Part shown: one piece after another, positions 1 to 8,044 of the stretch
How positions within the stretch are numbered: position 1 is the first letter of the stretch
Layout: every line of letters begins with the position of its first letter
IMG/VR virus record: IMGVR_UViG_2778261064_000023
Origin: a virus
Taxonomy: Duplodnaviria > Heunggongvirae > Uroviricota > Caudoviricetes
Reading direction: 5' to 3' (one strand)
DNA length: 12,643 bases
The notes under the pieces: model-generated
Database searches by the model: none
The model's input: the letters and a program-made list of their open reading frames with translations, nothing else
Told to the model about the DNA's origin: nothing
Translations under genes and position numbers: made by a program

Positions 1-1239
1 ATGAGCAGGGCAATTCATAGACTTAGCGACACTCTTTTACGAAAATTAAGCGGATCACCAACCACAAAAAACGCCTTTTTTAATGACGGTGGCAATCTTA
101 GCGTAAGACATTCCACCAGCGGCCTGTTAACCTGGTATTTCACTTACAGGGCTGGAACTGGTAGGCAGGTATCACCGGAACGTCTGAGACTGGGCAATTA
201 TCCCGATCTGAGCCTGAAAGCAGCCAGGGAAAAAGCGGCACAGTGTCGCGCCTGGCTGGCTGAGGGGAAAAATCCGCGCTATGAACTTAATCATGCTGTA
301 CAGGACGCGTTAGCCCCCGTGACGGTTAAGGAAGCGCTCACTTACTGGCTTGAATCGTACGCAAAGGAAAAGCGCACTGACTACGAATCACTGAAAAGCC
401 GGATCAATAAACACATAATCAGCCAGATTGGCGCTATGCCACTGGAAAAATGCGAGCTACGGCACTGGTTGGCATGTTTTGACCAGATGGCAAAGCGAAG
501 CCCAGTATCTGCCGGATTTTTGCTACAGGTATGTAAACAGGCGCTTAAGTACTGCCGAAAACGACGATACGCAATCAGCAACGTTCTTGATGATATGGTT
601 GTCGGTGATGTGGGAAAAAAAGCAGAAGTGAGCGAGCGCGTACTAACAAACAAGGAGCTTGGGGAATTACTCCGCGCCCTGGATAACAAAATATTCCCGC
701 CGTACTACAGCGCCCTAATTCGCCTCCTGATTGTTTTCGGATGCCGTACCACCGAGCTAAGGCGCTCAGAGGTGCAGGAGTGGGATTTTAAAGAAATGCT
801 CTGGACAGTACCGAAGGAGCACAGCAAAACGAAGGTCGCCATATTCAGGCCAATACCGGAAAGCATTTTGCCGTTCGTCACGAAGCTGGTGGAGCAGAAC
901 AGACACACGGGCTTATTGCTTGGTGAACTGAAAGGACAATCGTCGGTAGCAGAGTACGGAAGAACAGCGCACAGACGAATTAATCAAGCACCCTGGACGT
1001 TACACGATATCCGGCACACATTTACAACCATGCTGAACGATTTAGGCGTGGATCCGCATATTGTCGAGCAGCTTACAGCCCACCAGATGCCAGGGATGCA
1101 ACGAGTCTATAACCACTCCCGCTATCTTGATGCAAAACGTGATGCTCTTAATCTATGGGTAGACCGTCTCGAGCTTCTCCAGAACAATGATGAAAAAATC
1201 GTTGTTATGACCCCGCGAATTTACACCCAAAATTCTTGA
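1..1239 (+). CDS. int: Tyrosine-type site-specific integrase (P4-like, with N-terminal arm-binding domain)
   Basis: 412-aa ORF; N-terminal region (LTWYFTYRAGTGRQVSPERLRLGNYPDLSLKAAREKAAQ) resembles P4-family integrase arm-binding domains; C-terminal catalytic signature LHDIRHT ... VYNHSRY (His-x-x-Arg and terminal Tyr nucleophile). The ATG is at window position 1, so the true start could lie upstream. Confidence 0.9.
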   Translation: MSRAIHRLSDTLLRKLSGSPTTKNAFFNDGGNLSVRHSTSGLLTWYFTYRAGTGRQVSPERLRLGNYPDLSLKAAREKAAQCRAWLAEGKNPRYELNHAVQDALAPVTVKEALTYWLESYAKEKRTDYESLKSRINKHIISQIGAMPLEKCELRHWLACFDQMAKRSPVSAGFLLQVCKQALKYCRKRRYAISNVLDDMVVGDVGKKAEVSERVLTNKELGELLRALDNKIFPPYYSALIRLLIVFGCRTTELRRSEVQEWDFKEMLWTVPKEHSKTKVAIFRPIPESILPFVTKLVEQNRHTGLLLGELKGQSSVAEYGRTAHRRINQAPWTLHDIRHTFTTMLNDLGVDPHIVEQLTAHQMPGMQRVYNHSRYLDAKRDALNLWVDRLELLQNNDEKIVVMTPRIYTQNS

Positions 1240-1245
1240 CAAATT

Positions 1246-1278
1246 ACGGCTGTTTTTTCTTTAAGAGATTACAGCCGT
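1246..1278 (+). promoter_or_regulatory. 8-bp perfect inverted repeat ACGGCTGT / ACAGCCGT with 17-nt T-rich spacer just downstream of the int stop; possible int terminator or protein-binding site
   Basis: Read directly from sequence (1246-1253 and 1271-1278). Confidence 0.3.
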
Positions 1279-1290
1279 GAATAAATCGTA

Positions 1291-1360
1291 GAATATCGGA
1301 AAATATCTGCAAATATCTTCGCTTTATATATGTCAACCATCGAAAAAATTGGAATATCTT
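1291..1360. promoter_or_regulatory. Four copies of (G/A)AATATC(T/G) in the int-alpA intergenic control region; the first three are spaced 10 bp apart
   Basis: AATATC at 1292-1297, 1302-1307, 1312-1317 and 1353-1358; 10-bp phasing places sites on one helix face, as expected for a cooperative DNA-binding regulator. Confidence 0.35.
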
Positions 1361-1657
1361 CTTCTGAATTTTTATTCTATGTTTCTTGATTGTTCCAATA
1401 CCTGATGGTTTATCTATTTGTTTTTAATGAGATAATTCAAGCAAACCGCCAAATGACGCCATTTTTTGTTGCGTCTCTGAAAAACTCGTGACACGATTTT
1501 AAACACTAACGAGCTTCTACGAACCTTAGCGAACAAAGCCTTTAGCAAGGTTGTGTTTTTAACTTAAGAGGTGAAAAAGAATCTAAGTAATATCCGGTCT
1601 CATATATCTACAGCTAAGAGAAAAGTTTATATACGTAATTTTTATGTAGGTTTTTGT

Positions 1658-1867
1658 ATGCGTGAAATAAATGAAGATCGCGTAATCCGTGAGGATGAAT
1701 GTCGTAAGTTAACTGGAGTGTGCCGCACTACACGCTACGAACTGGAGAAAAAAGGGCGATTTCCGTCACGCCTTAATCTGGGCGGTCGTTCTGTAGGTTG
1801 GCTGCTGTCCGAGGTTATGGAATGGGTTAAAAGCCGGGATCGCATTAATTCAGGCAAGGCAGCGTAA
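1658..1867 (+). CDS. alpA: AlpA-family (P4 Vis-like) HTH transcriptional regulator / excision activator
   Basis: 69-aa product MREINEDRVIREDECRKLTGVCRTTRYELEKKGRFPSRLNLGGRSVGWLLSEVMEWVKSR matches the AlpA/MerR-like prophage regulator pattern (HTH followed by ..G.RSVGW...E...W); the six-frame ORF begins at 1571 but the internal ATG at 1658 gives a typical AlpA length. Confidence 0.85.
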   Translation: MREINEDRVIREDECRKLTGVCRTTRYELEKKGRFPSRLNLGGRSVGWLLSEVMEWVKSRDRINSGKAA

Positions 1868-2047
1868 AGGGGAGTATATGGCACATAAAACAAAGGCGAC
1901 CGGGGGCGGTCGCCAGTGGGAAAACACTAAACATAAGCCCGAACATCATAGCGATTTGCTGGCTGGTGGGCAATCTGTCAGGTTTGCACCAATGACTCTA
2001 GGTTTAACCGAGGGTCATTATGGTGAATATGCTGGCTTGCTGGTGGG

Positions 2048-2248
2048 CTATTCCTGCTCTTTAATATCGCTATGTCGCGATGTTTTCCAGGTATGTGGCC
2101 CTAATTTTGTGCGCCTGTACTCTTTAAGGAACGTCTCAAGGACAAACGCACACGGCGCGAATCTGTCTGATTCATGCTCGTGCGTCATATTTTTGCGACG
2201 TCTCTTCCGGGTTGGTGATGGTATTTTTGTTAACTTTTTATTGTTCAT
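2048..2248 (-). CDS. Hypothetical small basic protein (66 aa, Lys/Arg-rich), transcribed divergently from the 2624-3923 operon
   Basis: ATG preceded by AGGAGG at a 5-nt spacing on the minus strand; product MNNKKLTKIPSPTRKRRRKN...; no recognisable family. A 35-codon ORF (2304-2411, minus) lies just upstream. Confidence 0.3.
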   Translation of the reverse strand: MNNKKLTKIPSPTRKRRRKNMTHEHESDRFAPCAFVLETFLKEYRRTKLGPHTWKTSRHSDIKEQE

Positions 2249-2478
2249 AATGGCCTCCTGCATAGCAATGCGCCGTAGTTCCTCACACCACGGCATTGAT
2301 AGTTTTTATCCTTTAGATTCTATGCCGCGTTGCTGTAATTCTTTGCGGATTATTCGCTTTATCCAGGCTGCAAGAGAATCATCGCCGTCCTGTTGTTGTG
2401 CTTTTTCCATCTTTTCCCGTAAGTCAGGATCTAAACGGAACTGGAACGGAGGATTACCACGCCTTTCGCTTTTGTGTG

Positions 2479-2536
2479 TTGACACGTCAATTACACCTCA
2501 TGTAATGTATTTATGTGTAATTACACATTACACACA
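2479..2536 (+). promoter_or_regulatory. Sigma70-like promoter (TTGACA, 18-nt spacer, TAATGT) overlapped by three ATTACAC operator half-sites including the palindrome TGTAATTACA
   Basis: TTGACA 2479-2484; TAATGT 2503-2508; AATTACAC at 2489-2496 and 2519-2526, ATTACACA at 2528-2535; palindrome 2516-2525. Confidence 0.4.
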
Positions 2537-2553
2537 ATCAGAGCAAAAAGTAA

Positions 2554-2585
2554 AGCCCTGCAAGTGTCGGTACCACTGGCAGGGC
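2554..2585 (+). other. Imperfect hairpin (GCCCTGC ... GCAGGGC) in the leader of the 2624-3923 operon; possible attenuator, RNA element or protein-binding palindrome
   Basis: Inverted repeat read from sequence, lying between the promoter and the first start codon. Confidence 0.3.
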
Positions 2586-2623
2586 CTCTAACCACCAACG
2601 ATAGCAGAAGTATCGAGGTAGCT

Positions 2624-3163
2624 ATGAGAAATCATACCACACACCCGCAAGGGCGGGACTCGCACAACCTGAATAAAGCGGGTATGAAAAACCTGTTGAT
2701 CGCCACTGCCAGCCAGGGCTATGATTTACCCGCACCAGCAAAATCTGGTGCCGGGATTGGCGTCCTGGTATTTAACGAAGCGCACAACACGCGCCCTGCG
2801 TGTTTTTTTGTGCCGGATAGTCACACCTTATCAATGGTGGGCTGTATGGGGGCGGAGCAATCCGCGCCGGGTTCTTCGTTAACCGGTTACGCCAACCCTG
2901 TACAGTCCACCGCCAGCGAAATTGGCGTTTCCTGCGGTGGGTTTATTAAACCTAACGAAGAGGCTGCCAACATGGCTACTACCCCTACCCTTGTACATTC
3001 TCAAATTGCCTTTATCTGGCGCTTTATCATCTTTGGCGCGTCAGAGTCCCAAATCATCCACGTCACCGCCTGGACGGAACGCGAAGCGCGTAACCATTGC
3101 CCGTCAGGTTGTGTCGCTGTATTCGCCGCCCGTATTCGTCAGGGGGTACGCTATGTGCAATAA
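2624..3163 (+). CDS. Hypothetical protein (179 aa), first gene of a four-gene operon upstream of the primase
   Basis: ATG at 2624 preceded by GAGG at a 5-nt spacing; the ORF extends upstream to 2513 but that part overlaps the promoter/operators; stop overlaps the next start. Confidence 0.5.
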   Translation: MRNHTTHPQGRDSHNLNKAGMKNLLIATASQGYDLPAPAKSGAGIGVLVFNEAHNTRPACFFVPDSHTLSMVGCMGAEQSAPGSSLTGYANPVQSTASEIGVSCGGFIKPNEEAANMATTPTLVHSQIAFIWRFIIFGASESQIIHVTAWTEREARNHCPSGCVAVFAARIRQGVRYVQ

Positions 3164-3383
3164 AAACACGCCGGACGCAGCAGGCGAAGCACTGAAAGTA
3201 CTGATACATGCGCTTGTGGATATAAATTGCATGGTAGAGATCATGGAGAGGAAATCACAGTCGGAGTACGACAAAAGAAAATTTAAAACAATAAAAATAA
3301 TTACCAAAAACTCGCTGACAAAAGCTACAGGCATCCTCAATGAGGACACTAAAAGAATCAGGGAGAAACTGTGTGATGCATAA
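3153..3383 (+). CDS. Hypothetical small protein (76 aa), translationally coupled
   Basis: ATG at 3153 preceded by AGGGGG; overlaps the previous stop (3161-3163) and the next start (3376). Confidence 0.5.
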   Translation: MCNKNTPDAAGEALKVLIHALVDINCMVEIMERKSQSEYDKRKFKTIKIITKNSLTKATGILNEDTKRIREKLCDA

Positions 3384-3603
3384 AATACCTTTTGATGTTC
3401 TTATTCATTCTGAGAATGCATTAATCCGCGCAAAGGAAATGGAGGCATTATTACTTAAGTTAATGGAAGTGCCGGAAAATGGCGATGAATCATATCCCAT
3501 GATGTTTTCTGCCGTGCACACATTATTAACGCCAGTAATTAATGAATTAAATACGGTGATGGCAATTCACGAGAATAATAAAGCGCATCACACCGGAGAA
3601 TAA
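3376..3603 (+). CDS. Hypothetical small protein (75 aa), translationally coupled
   Basis: ATG at 3376 preceded by GGGAGA; overlaps the stop of the upstream ORF. Confidence 0.5.
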   Translation: MHKIPFDVLIHSENALIRAKEMEALLLKLMEVPENGDESYPMMFSAVHTLLTPVINELNTVMAIHENNKAHHTGE

Positions 3604-3608
3604 AAACC

Positions 3609-3923
3609 ATGAAACAGAAAAATTCTGGCTTTACTGCCAGCGGCCCCGCTCGGCCTGAAATCCGCCCAGGCGATATTTTCAAAGATAAATATGGTGGACG
3701 AATAACGATAAAAACCGTTGACGATTTTCGCGTGACTTATATCCGCGAAGGTTATGCGCATCCCTGCGTGTCGTCTCATATGCGTTTTGAGAGTGAGTTC
3801 ACCCTGGTAAGTAAAGCGCCACCAGCAGAATTAAGCGACATCGACAGAATCATGCGCGTTACAGGAATGGAACGCATTAAGGCAGTACGTGAAATTATTC
3901 GTGAACGGGGAAAGGCAAAATGA
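3609..3923 (+). CDS. Hypothetical protein (104 aa), stop overlaps the primase start (ATGA)
   Basis: ATG at 3609 preceded by GGAGA; stop 3921-3923 overlaps the ATG at 3920. Confidence 0.55.
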   Translation: MKQKNSGFTASGPARPEIRPGDIFKDKYGGRITIKTVDDFRVTYIREGYAHPCVSSHMRFESEFTLVSKAPPAELSDIDRIMRVTGMERIKAVREIIRERGKAK

Positions 3924-6064
3924 AACTGGCACCGAACGTAAAAAAACAGCCTCGCGGAATAAAAAACAAAGACACAGAGGTAATTATTTTCGCGGGTAGT
4001 GATGCCTGGTCGCATGCACAACAGTGGCAGGAGAAGGACGGTCCCGCATCCGGCGATAATGTGCCGCCTGTGTGGCTTGGGCCAAATCAGCTTGCCGAAC
4101 TTGATGCGCTGAAAATTGTTCCGGATGGAAAAAAACGCGTAAGGCTGTACCAGGCCGGAGAACTGGATTTAGTGGAGATCAAAAAGATTGGTCAGAAGCT
4201 GGCGGCGGCAGATATTCAGGATGCGAATTTTTACCCTGAAGGAATGCACGGCCAGAAGTGTGAAAACTGGCGGCGCTATCTGAACGTTGAGCGTCAGAAT
4301 CTTTCTGCAGATCTGGTAATTAAGCTTCCGGTAAAGAAAAAAGCCACTACAAGCCCGGGTGATGATGAATTAAAGCCCCGCGTTGAAAGTCGCGCCGATG
4401 GTGTTTTCTGGGTAACGCCCAAAGTGGATAAGCAGTCAGGAGAAATTATCCGGCCTGAGACGTGGTTATGTTCTCCGCTTGAACTACTGGGAACTGGCAC
4501 GATTGGTAAAGAGCATTACCGCGTGATGCGCTGGAAAAAGCCAGCAAATCATGAAGTCATCACAATGGCGATTCCGTGCGGTGGCATTGGCGACCGTGAC
4601 GGCTGGCGGCTACTGAAAGACCACGGACTGAACGTAACAACCAACGGCAAATACAGGGCTATCCTGGCTGACTGGATGCAGTTAAGCGGAAGCCATGAGG
4701 AATGGCAGTTAAGCACAACAACGGGCTGGCATTTTGGCGCGTACATCATGCCGGACGGTTCGGTCATTGGTGAGTCTGAAAAACCGATTCTGTTTACCGG
4801 AAAAAGTGCCGCTGTTAATGGCTATTCGGTTGCGGGTACGGCGGAGGGCTGGCGCGACTGCGTGGCGCGGCTGGCTGGTGGCAATCCGTCCATGATGCTG
4901 GGTGTTGCCACGTCACTGGCAGCACCTTTGATTGGCCTTGTTGGTGCGGACGGCTTCGGGGTACATCTTTTCGAACAGTCATCGGCAGGGAAAACCACCA
5001 CGCAGAACATCGCATCAAGTTTATGGGGAGAGCCGGACGCACAACGGCTGACCTGGTACGGCACGGCGTTAGGCATCGCCAACGAGGCAGAGGCACACAA
5101 TGACGGGCTTTTACCCCTGGATGAAATAGGCCAGGCCGGAAACGCGCGGGAGGTGTCCACATCGGCTTATACGCTGTTTAACGGTTCCGGGAAATTACAG
5201 GGAGCGAAGGACGGCGGCAACCGGGAGATCAAACACTGGCGAACTGTGGCAATCAGTACCGGAGAAATGGACGTTGAAACATTCCTCAAAACGGAGGGGA
5301 TAAAAGTCAAGGCGGGGCAGCTTGTCCGTCTGCTTAACGTGCCGATGGAAAAAGCCACGCAGTTTCACGAATACAGCACCGGAAAGGCACACGCAGACGC
5401 GTTAAAGGATGCCTGGACAGCAAATCACGGGGCGGCGGGTCGTGAATGGGTTAAATGGCTGGCAGACCACCAGCAGGAGGCAAAGGACACGGTAAGGGCA
5501 TGCCGTGAACGGTGGCGCAACCTGATACCGGAGAGCTACGGCGAGCAGGTACACCGCGTGGGTGAGCGTTTCGCCATACTGGAGGCCGCGCTTGTGCTTT
5601 CCGGTCATGTTACTGGCTGGGATGAGCAGGAATGCCGCGATGCCATTCAGCATAATTTTTATGCCTGGGTGAAGGAATTCGGTACGGGCAACAGGGAACA
5701 CAGGCAGATTATTGAACAGGCTGAGGCGTTTCTTGCGGCCTATGGCCTGAGCAGGTTCGCCCCTGTCAATTATGACCCTGCCAGCCTGCCGATTTCAGAA
5801 CTGTACGGCTACAGGGAAAGCGACGGACGTTATGACGAGCCTGTTTTGTTTTACGTGCTGCCGGAGCCGTTTAGCTCACATGTGGCGAAGGGATTTAACA
5901 AGGATGCCGTAGCAAAGACCCTTCATGAAGCCGGAATGCTGAGAAAACCAGCCTGCGGGCGGGGATGGCAAATCAGGACACCACGACTAAAACACCTGAA
6001 AGGGGCGCGGCTAAGAGTGTATGGCCTTTTGCTGACACAGGACCACGATGCTGAAAATGATTAA
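3920..6064 (+). CDS. Satellite replication protein: primase/helicase (P4 alpha-like / D5-type NTPase) with Walker A motif
   Basis: 714-aa ORF; P-loop GVHLFEQSSAGKTTTQ; size and position (after alpA, before iterons) match PICI pri-rep / P4 alpha; iterons immediately downstream. Confidence 0.8.
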   Translation: MKLAPNVKKQPRGIKNKDTEVIIFAGSDAWSHAQQWQEKDGPASGDNVPPVWLGPNQLAELDALKIVPDGKKRVRLYQAGELDLVEIKKIGQKLAAADIQDANFYPEGMHGQKCENWRRYLNVERQNLSADLVIKLPVKKKATTSPGDDELKPRVESRADGVFWVTPKVDKQSGEIIRPETWLCSPLELLGTGTIGKEHYRVMRWKKPANHEVITMAIPCGGIGDRDGWRLLKDHGLNVTTNGKYRAILADWMQLSGSHEEWQLSTTTGWHFGAYIMPDGSVIGESEKPILFTGKSAAVNGYSVAGTAEGWRDCVARLAGGNPSMMLGVATSLAAPLIGLVGADGFGVHLFEQSSAGKTTTQNIASSLWGEPDAQRLTWYGTALGIANEAEAHNDGLLPLDEIGQAGNAREVSTSAYTLFNGSGKLQGAKDGGNREIKHWRTVAISTGEMDVETFLKTEGIKVKAGQLVRLLNVPMEKATQFHEYSTGKAHADALKDAWTANHGAAGREWVKWLADHQQEAKDTVRACRERWRNLIPESYGEQVHRVGERFAILEAALVLSGHVTGWDEQECRDAIQHNFYAWVKEFGTGNREHRQIIEQAEAFLAAYGLSRFAPVNYDPASLPISELYGYRESDGRYDEPVLFYVLPEPFSSHVAKGFNKDAVAKTLHEAGMLRKPACGRGWQIRTPRLKHLKGARLRVYGLLLTQDHDAEND

Positions 6065-6089
6065 TCTCGCGTGTAGGAGGTAAAAATAT

Positions 6090-6379
6090 GTTGTCCCAGT
6101 CGTCCCAGTAAGCAACAAGCAATCGTAACACATTGAATTACATATATTTCACTTACAAAAAGTGGGACAACAGCGGGACAATATTCAGGCATTTTGGGAC
6201 AACATAGCGGCATTTTGGGACGACACGACATGTATTTTTTACCGTGCTGGAGGGTGGGACAACACAAAAAACCTCATGTCGTCCCAAAATCGCCTTATGT
6301 CGTCCCACTTTGTGGAGTGTGTTTTTAATAAAATCAACAGGTTAACATTAAGTGGGACAACCGGGACAACTGGGACGAC
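6090..6379. repeat. Iteron-type replication origin: at least 11 copies of (T/C)GGGAC(A/G)AC in both orientations, flanked by AT-rich stretches
   Basis: Copies at 6090-6098(-), 6099-6107(-), 6163-6171, 6174-6181, 6195-6203, 6216-6224, 6255-6263, 6278-6286(-), 6299-6307(-), 6353-6361, 6362-6370, 6371-6379; TATATATATA at 6386-6397. Confidence 0.7.
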
Positions 6380-6418
6380 GTGTTTTGTATATATATACGA
6401 AAAATCGAGATCTGAACT

Positions 6419-6661
6419 ATGAAGTTAAACCGCAAACAACCACACTACCGCGCCATTGACCTTACAGAGCACTGGCTGAGGGTGGCGATAAAAATCATCG
6501 ACCGCAACGCGGGAGAAGGATACGCGAAAGCACATCCCGAACTGATAAGCGCATTCATGGCCACGGCGGCGGCAAATTTTGCCACGCTGACAGAGCGGGA
6601 GATTGCCGAAGCGGAACAGGTGACAACCATCAACGTTAAAACCGGAGAGCAGACAGCATGA
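6419..6661 (+). CDS. Hypothetical protein (80 aa) between origin and ssb; stop overlaps ssb start
   Basis: ORF with ATGA overlap to the downstream gene at 6658; no recognisable family. Confidence 0.5.
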   Translation: MKLNRKQPHYRAIDLTEHWLRVAIKIIDRNAGEGYAKAHPELISAFMATAAANFATLTEREIAEAEQVTTINVKTGEQTA

Positions 6662-7080
6662 CAGCACAGATAGCGGCTTACGGGCGGCTGGTGGCTGACC
6701 CGCAGTTAAAGACCACCAGCAAGGGGACACAAATGGCGATGGCGAGTATGGCGGTTCCCCTGCCGTGCAGCCAGGCAGATGACGGAACGGCGACGATGTG
6801 GCTATCCGTCCTGGCGTTTGGCAGACAGGCCGACGCACTGGCAAAACACCGCAAAGGCGAACTCGTGAGCGTGGCGGGTAACATGCAGGTAAGCCAGTGG
6901 ACAGGCCAGAACGGCGAAACGCGGCAGGGCTGGCAGGTCATCGCAGACAGCGTAATCAGTGCGCGAACGGCGCGACCGGGCGGCAAAAAAGGTCAACAGG
7001 GCCAGGCTACTGACGCACTGAACAGGGCAAAACAACAGGCGGGAAATGATGACCCGTACGGGGATAACATCCCGTTTTAA
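6658..7080 (+). CDS. ssb: Single-stranded DNA-binding protein (SSB-like)
   Basis: 140-aa product with Gly/Gln-rich linker and acidic C-terminal tail DDPYGDNIPF resembling the SSB C-terminal DDDIPF motif; OB-fold-like N-terminus. Confidence 0.75.
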   Translation: MTAQIAAYGRLVADPQLKTTSKGTQMAMASMAVPLPCSQADDGTATMWLSVLAFGRQADALAKHRKGELVSVAGNMQVSQWTGQNGETRQGWQVIADSVISARTARPGGKKGQQGQATDALNRAKQQAGNDDPYGDNIPF

Positions 7081-7116
7081 TTCACAACAGCGAACAGAGT
7101 AATTACAGGGGAAGGC

Positions 7117-7653
7117 ATGACAACGCTGACCATTAACCGAAAACCGAAAGGCATTTACGGCACGCAGTCAGAAACGACGCAGGCGGCACAGCAGCAGGAT
7201 AAAACCACATCGGCGCATAAAGTGATACCCGGCAATCAGAACGCACAGCAGAGCCGCAAAGGGCAGCCCACAGGGGTGACACCGTGGCGGCATATGACCA
7301 AACGCCAGCGCAAAAACCGCAGACGCGTTAACCGCCTTATTGAGCTGTGGCCTGATTTATTCAGCCGGGAAACACCGAAGCCGCTTAAGGTGGGGATATT
7401 CGACGACCTGATGCAGGATCTCGCCGTCAGGGGGCTGGCATTCGGGCCAGGGGCATTACGTGCGACGCTGGCATCTTATGCGCAGTCTCCGCGCTATTAC
7501 CGCGCCTTAATGGCTGGTGGTGCACGTTACGACCTGAAAGGCCAGCCATGTGGGGAAGTGACACCACAGGAACAGCAGGAGGCAGAAACGCGGCTGGCAG
7601 CACTGAATGAAAAGCGCAAACGTCAGGCGACAAAGGAGAGGACAGGCGCATGA
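7117..7653 (+). CDS. FinO/ProQ-domain RNA chaperone-like protein with Gln-rich N-terminal extension
   Basis: Residues about 60-178 align with the E. coli ProQ N-terminal domain as recalled (PLKVGIFDDL vs PLKIGIFQDL; RYDLKGQPCGEV vs RVDLDGNPCGEL); RBS GGGGAAGG upstream. Confidence 0.7.
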   Translation: MTTLTINRKPKGIYGTQSETTQAAQQQDKTTSAHKVIPGNQNAQQSRKGQPTGVTPWRHMTKRQRKNRRRVNRLIELWPDLFSRETPKPLKVGIFDDLMQDLAVRGLAFGPGALRATLASYAQSPRYYRALMAGGARYDLKGQPCGEVTPQEQQEAETRLAALNEKRKRQATKERTGA

Positions 7654-7937
7654 TTCGTGACAGCAAAGCGGAAGAACTGGAGACTAAAGGCCTGTACCGG
7701 AGAGCGGCGGCGCGGTGGGCTGAGGTCATGCAGCTGGTGAACACCGATAAGGAGCGCGAACAGGTGGCAAAGCGTCGCGCGGAATGCATCCGCAAGGCAG
7801 CACGCCCACCCGTTATGGCGGATAACTTCGGGGCGCTGAAAGAGGCTGTAAACCGCACTCATGCGGTGATGGGGATGGAAGACGCGGGTAAATCCGTCTG
7901 GCGGAACTACCCGAAGCAGCCTGGCAGCAACCAGTGA
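7650..7937 (+). CDS. PerC-family transcriptional regulator
   Basis: 95-aa product starting MIRDSKAEELETKGLYRRAAARWAEV, matching the PerC/Pch N-terminal signature KAEELE.KG.WRRAA.RW; start overlaps the upstream stop (ATGA). Confidence 0.75.
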   Translation: MIRDSKAEELETKGLYRRAAARWAEVMQLVNTDKEREQVAKRRAECIRKAARPPVMADNFGALKEAVNRTHAVMGMEDAGKSVWRNYPKQPGSNQ

Positions 7938-8019
7938 TGCCGGATATTATCCTGAAAAATGACCATCACTCCCGTGGGCGGATAACATAAAATTCTGCAT
8001 ATGTGCACACACACAGACG

Positions 8020-8044
8020 AAGCCGGAACACTCCGGCTTTTTTT
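8020..8044 (+). terminator. Rho-independent terminator (7-bp stem AGCCGGA/TCCGGCT, 4-nt loop, T7 run)
   Basis: Hairpin plus T-run read from sequence directly after the perC-like gene; the T-run abuts cos-like site 1. Confidence 0.6.

Noticed and set aside
1878-2591. 237-aa plus-strand ORF with a strong RBS (AAGGGGAG) right after alpA
   Set aside because: Product is Cys/Ser/Arg-rich and low-complexity, it reads through the promoter/operator region at 2479-2536 and overlaps the better-supported minus-strand small ORF; at most the first 50 codons might be a real remnant.
2513-2623. Upstream extension of the first operon gene to the ATG at 2513
   Set aside because: That start lies inside the operator repeats and has no RBS; the ATG at 2624 has a GAGG at a suitable spacing.
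4294-5701. Several minus-strand ORFs of 63-115 aa inside the primase/helicase gene
   Set aside because: Antisense to a long, well-supported CDS; Pro/Arg/Ser-rich products typical of out-of-frame translation of GC-rich coding DNA.
6090-6379. Possibility that the short repeats form a CRISPR array
   Set aside because: Repeat unit is only 9 bp, occurs in both orientations with irregular spacing and no unique spacers; the pattern and the position after the primase gene fit iterons.
6425-7035. Minus-strand ORFs of 77-139 aa antisense to the 80-aa ORF and ssb
   Set aside because: Embedded antisense in coupled plus-strand genes; no RBS and atypical composition.
7427-7862. Minus-strand ORFs of 79 and 143 aa antisense to the FinO-like and PerC-like genes
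   Set aside because: Antisense to two genes with family-level support; likely spurious.
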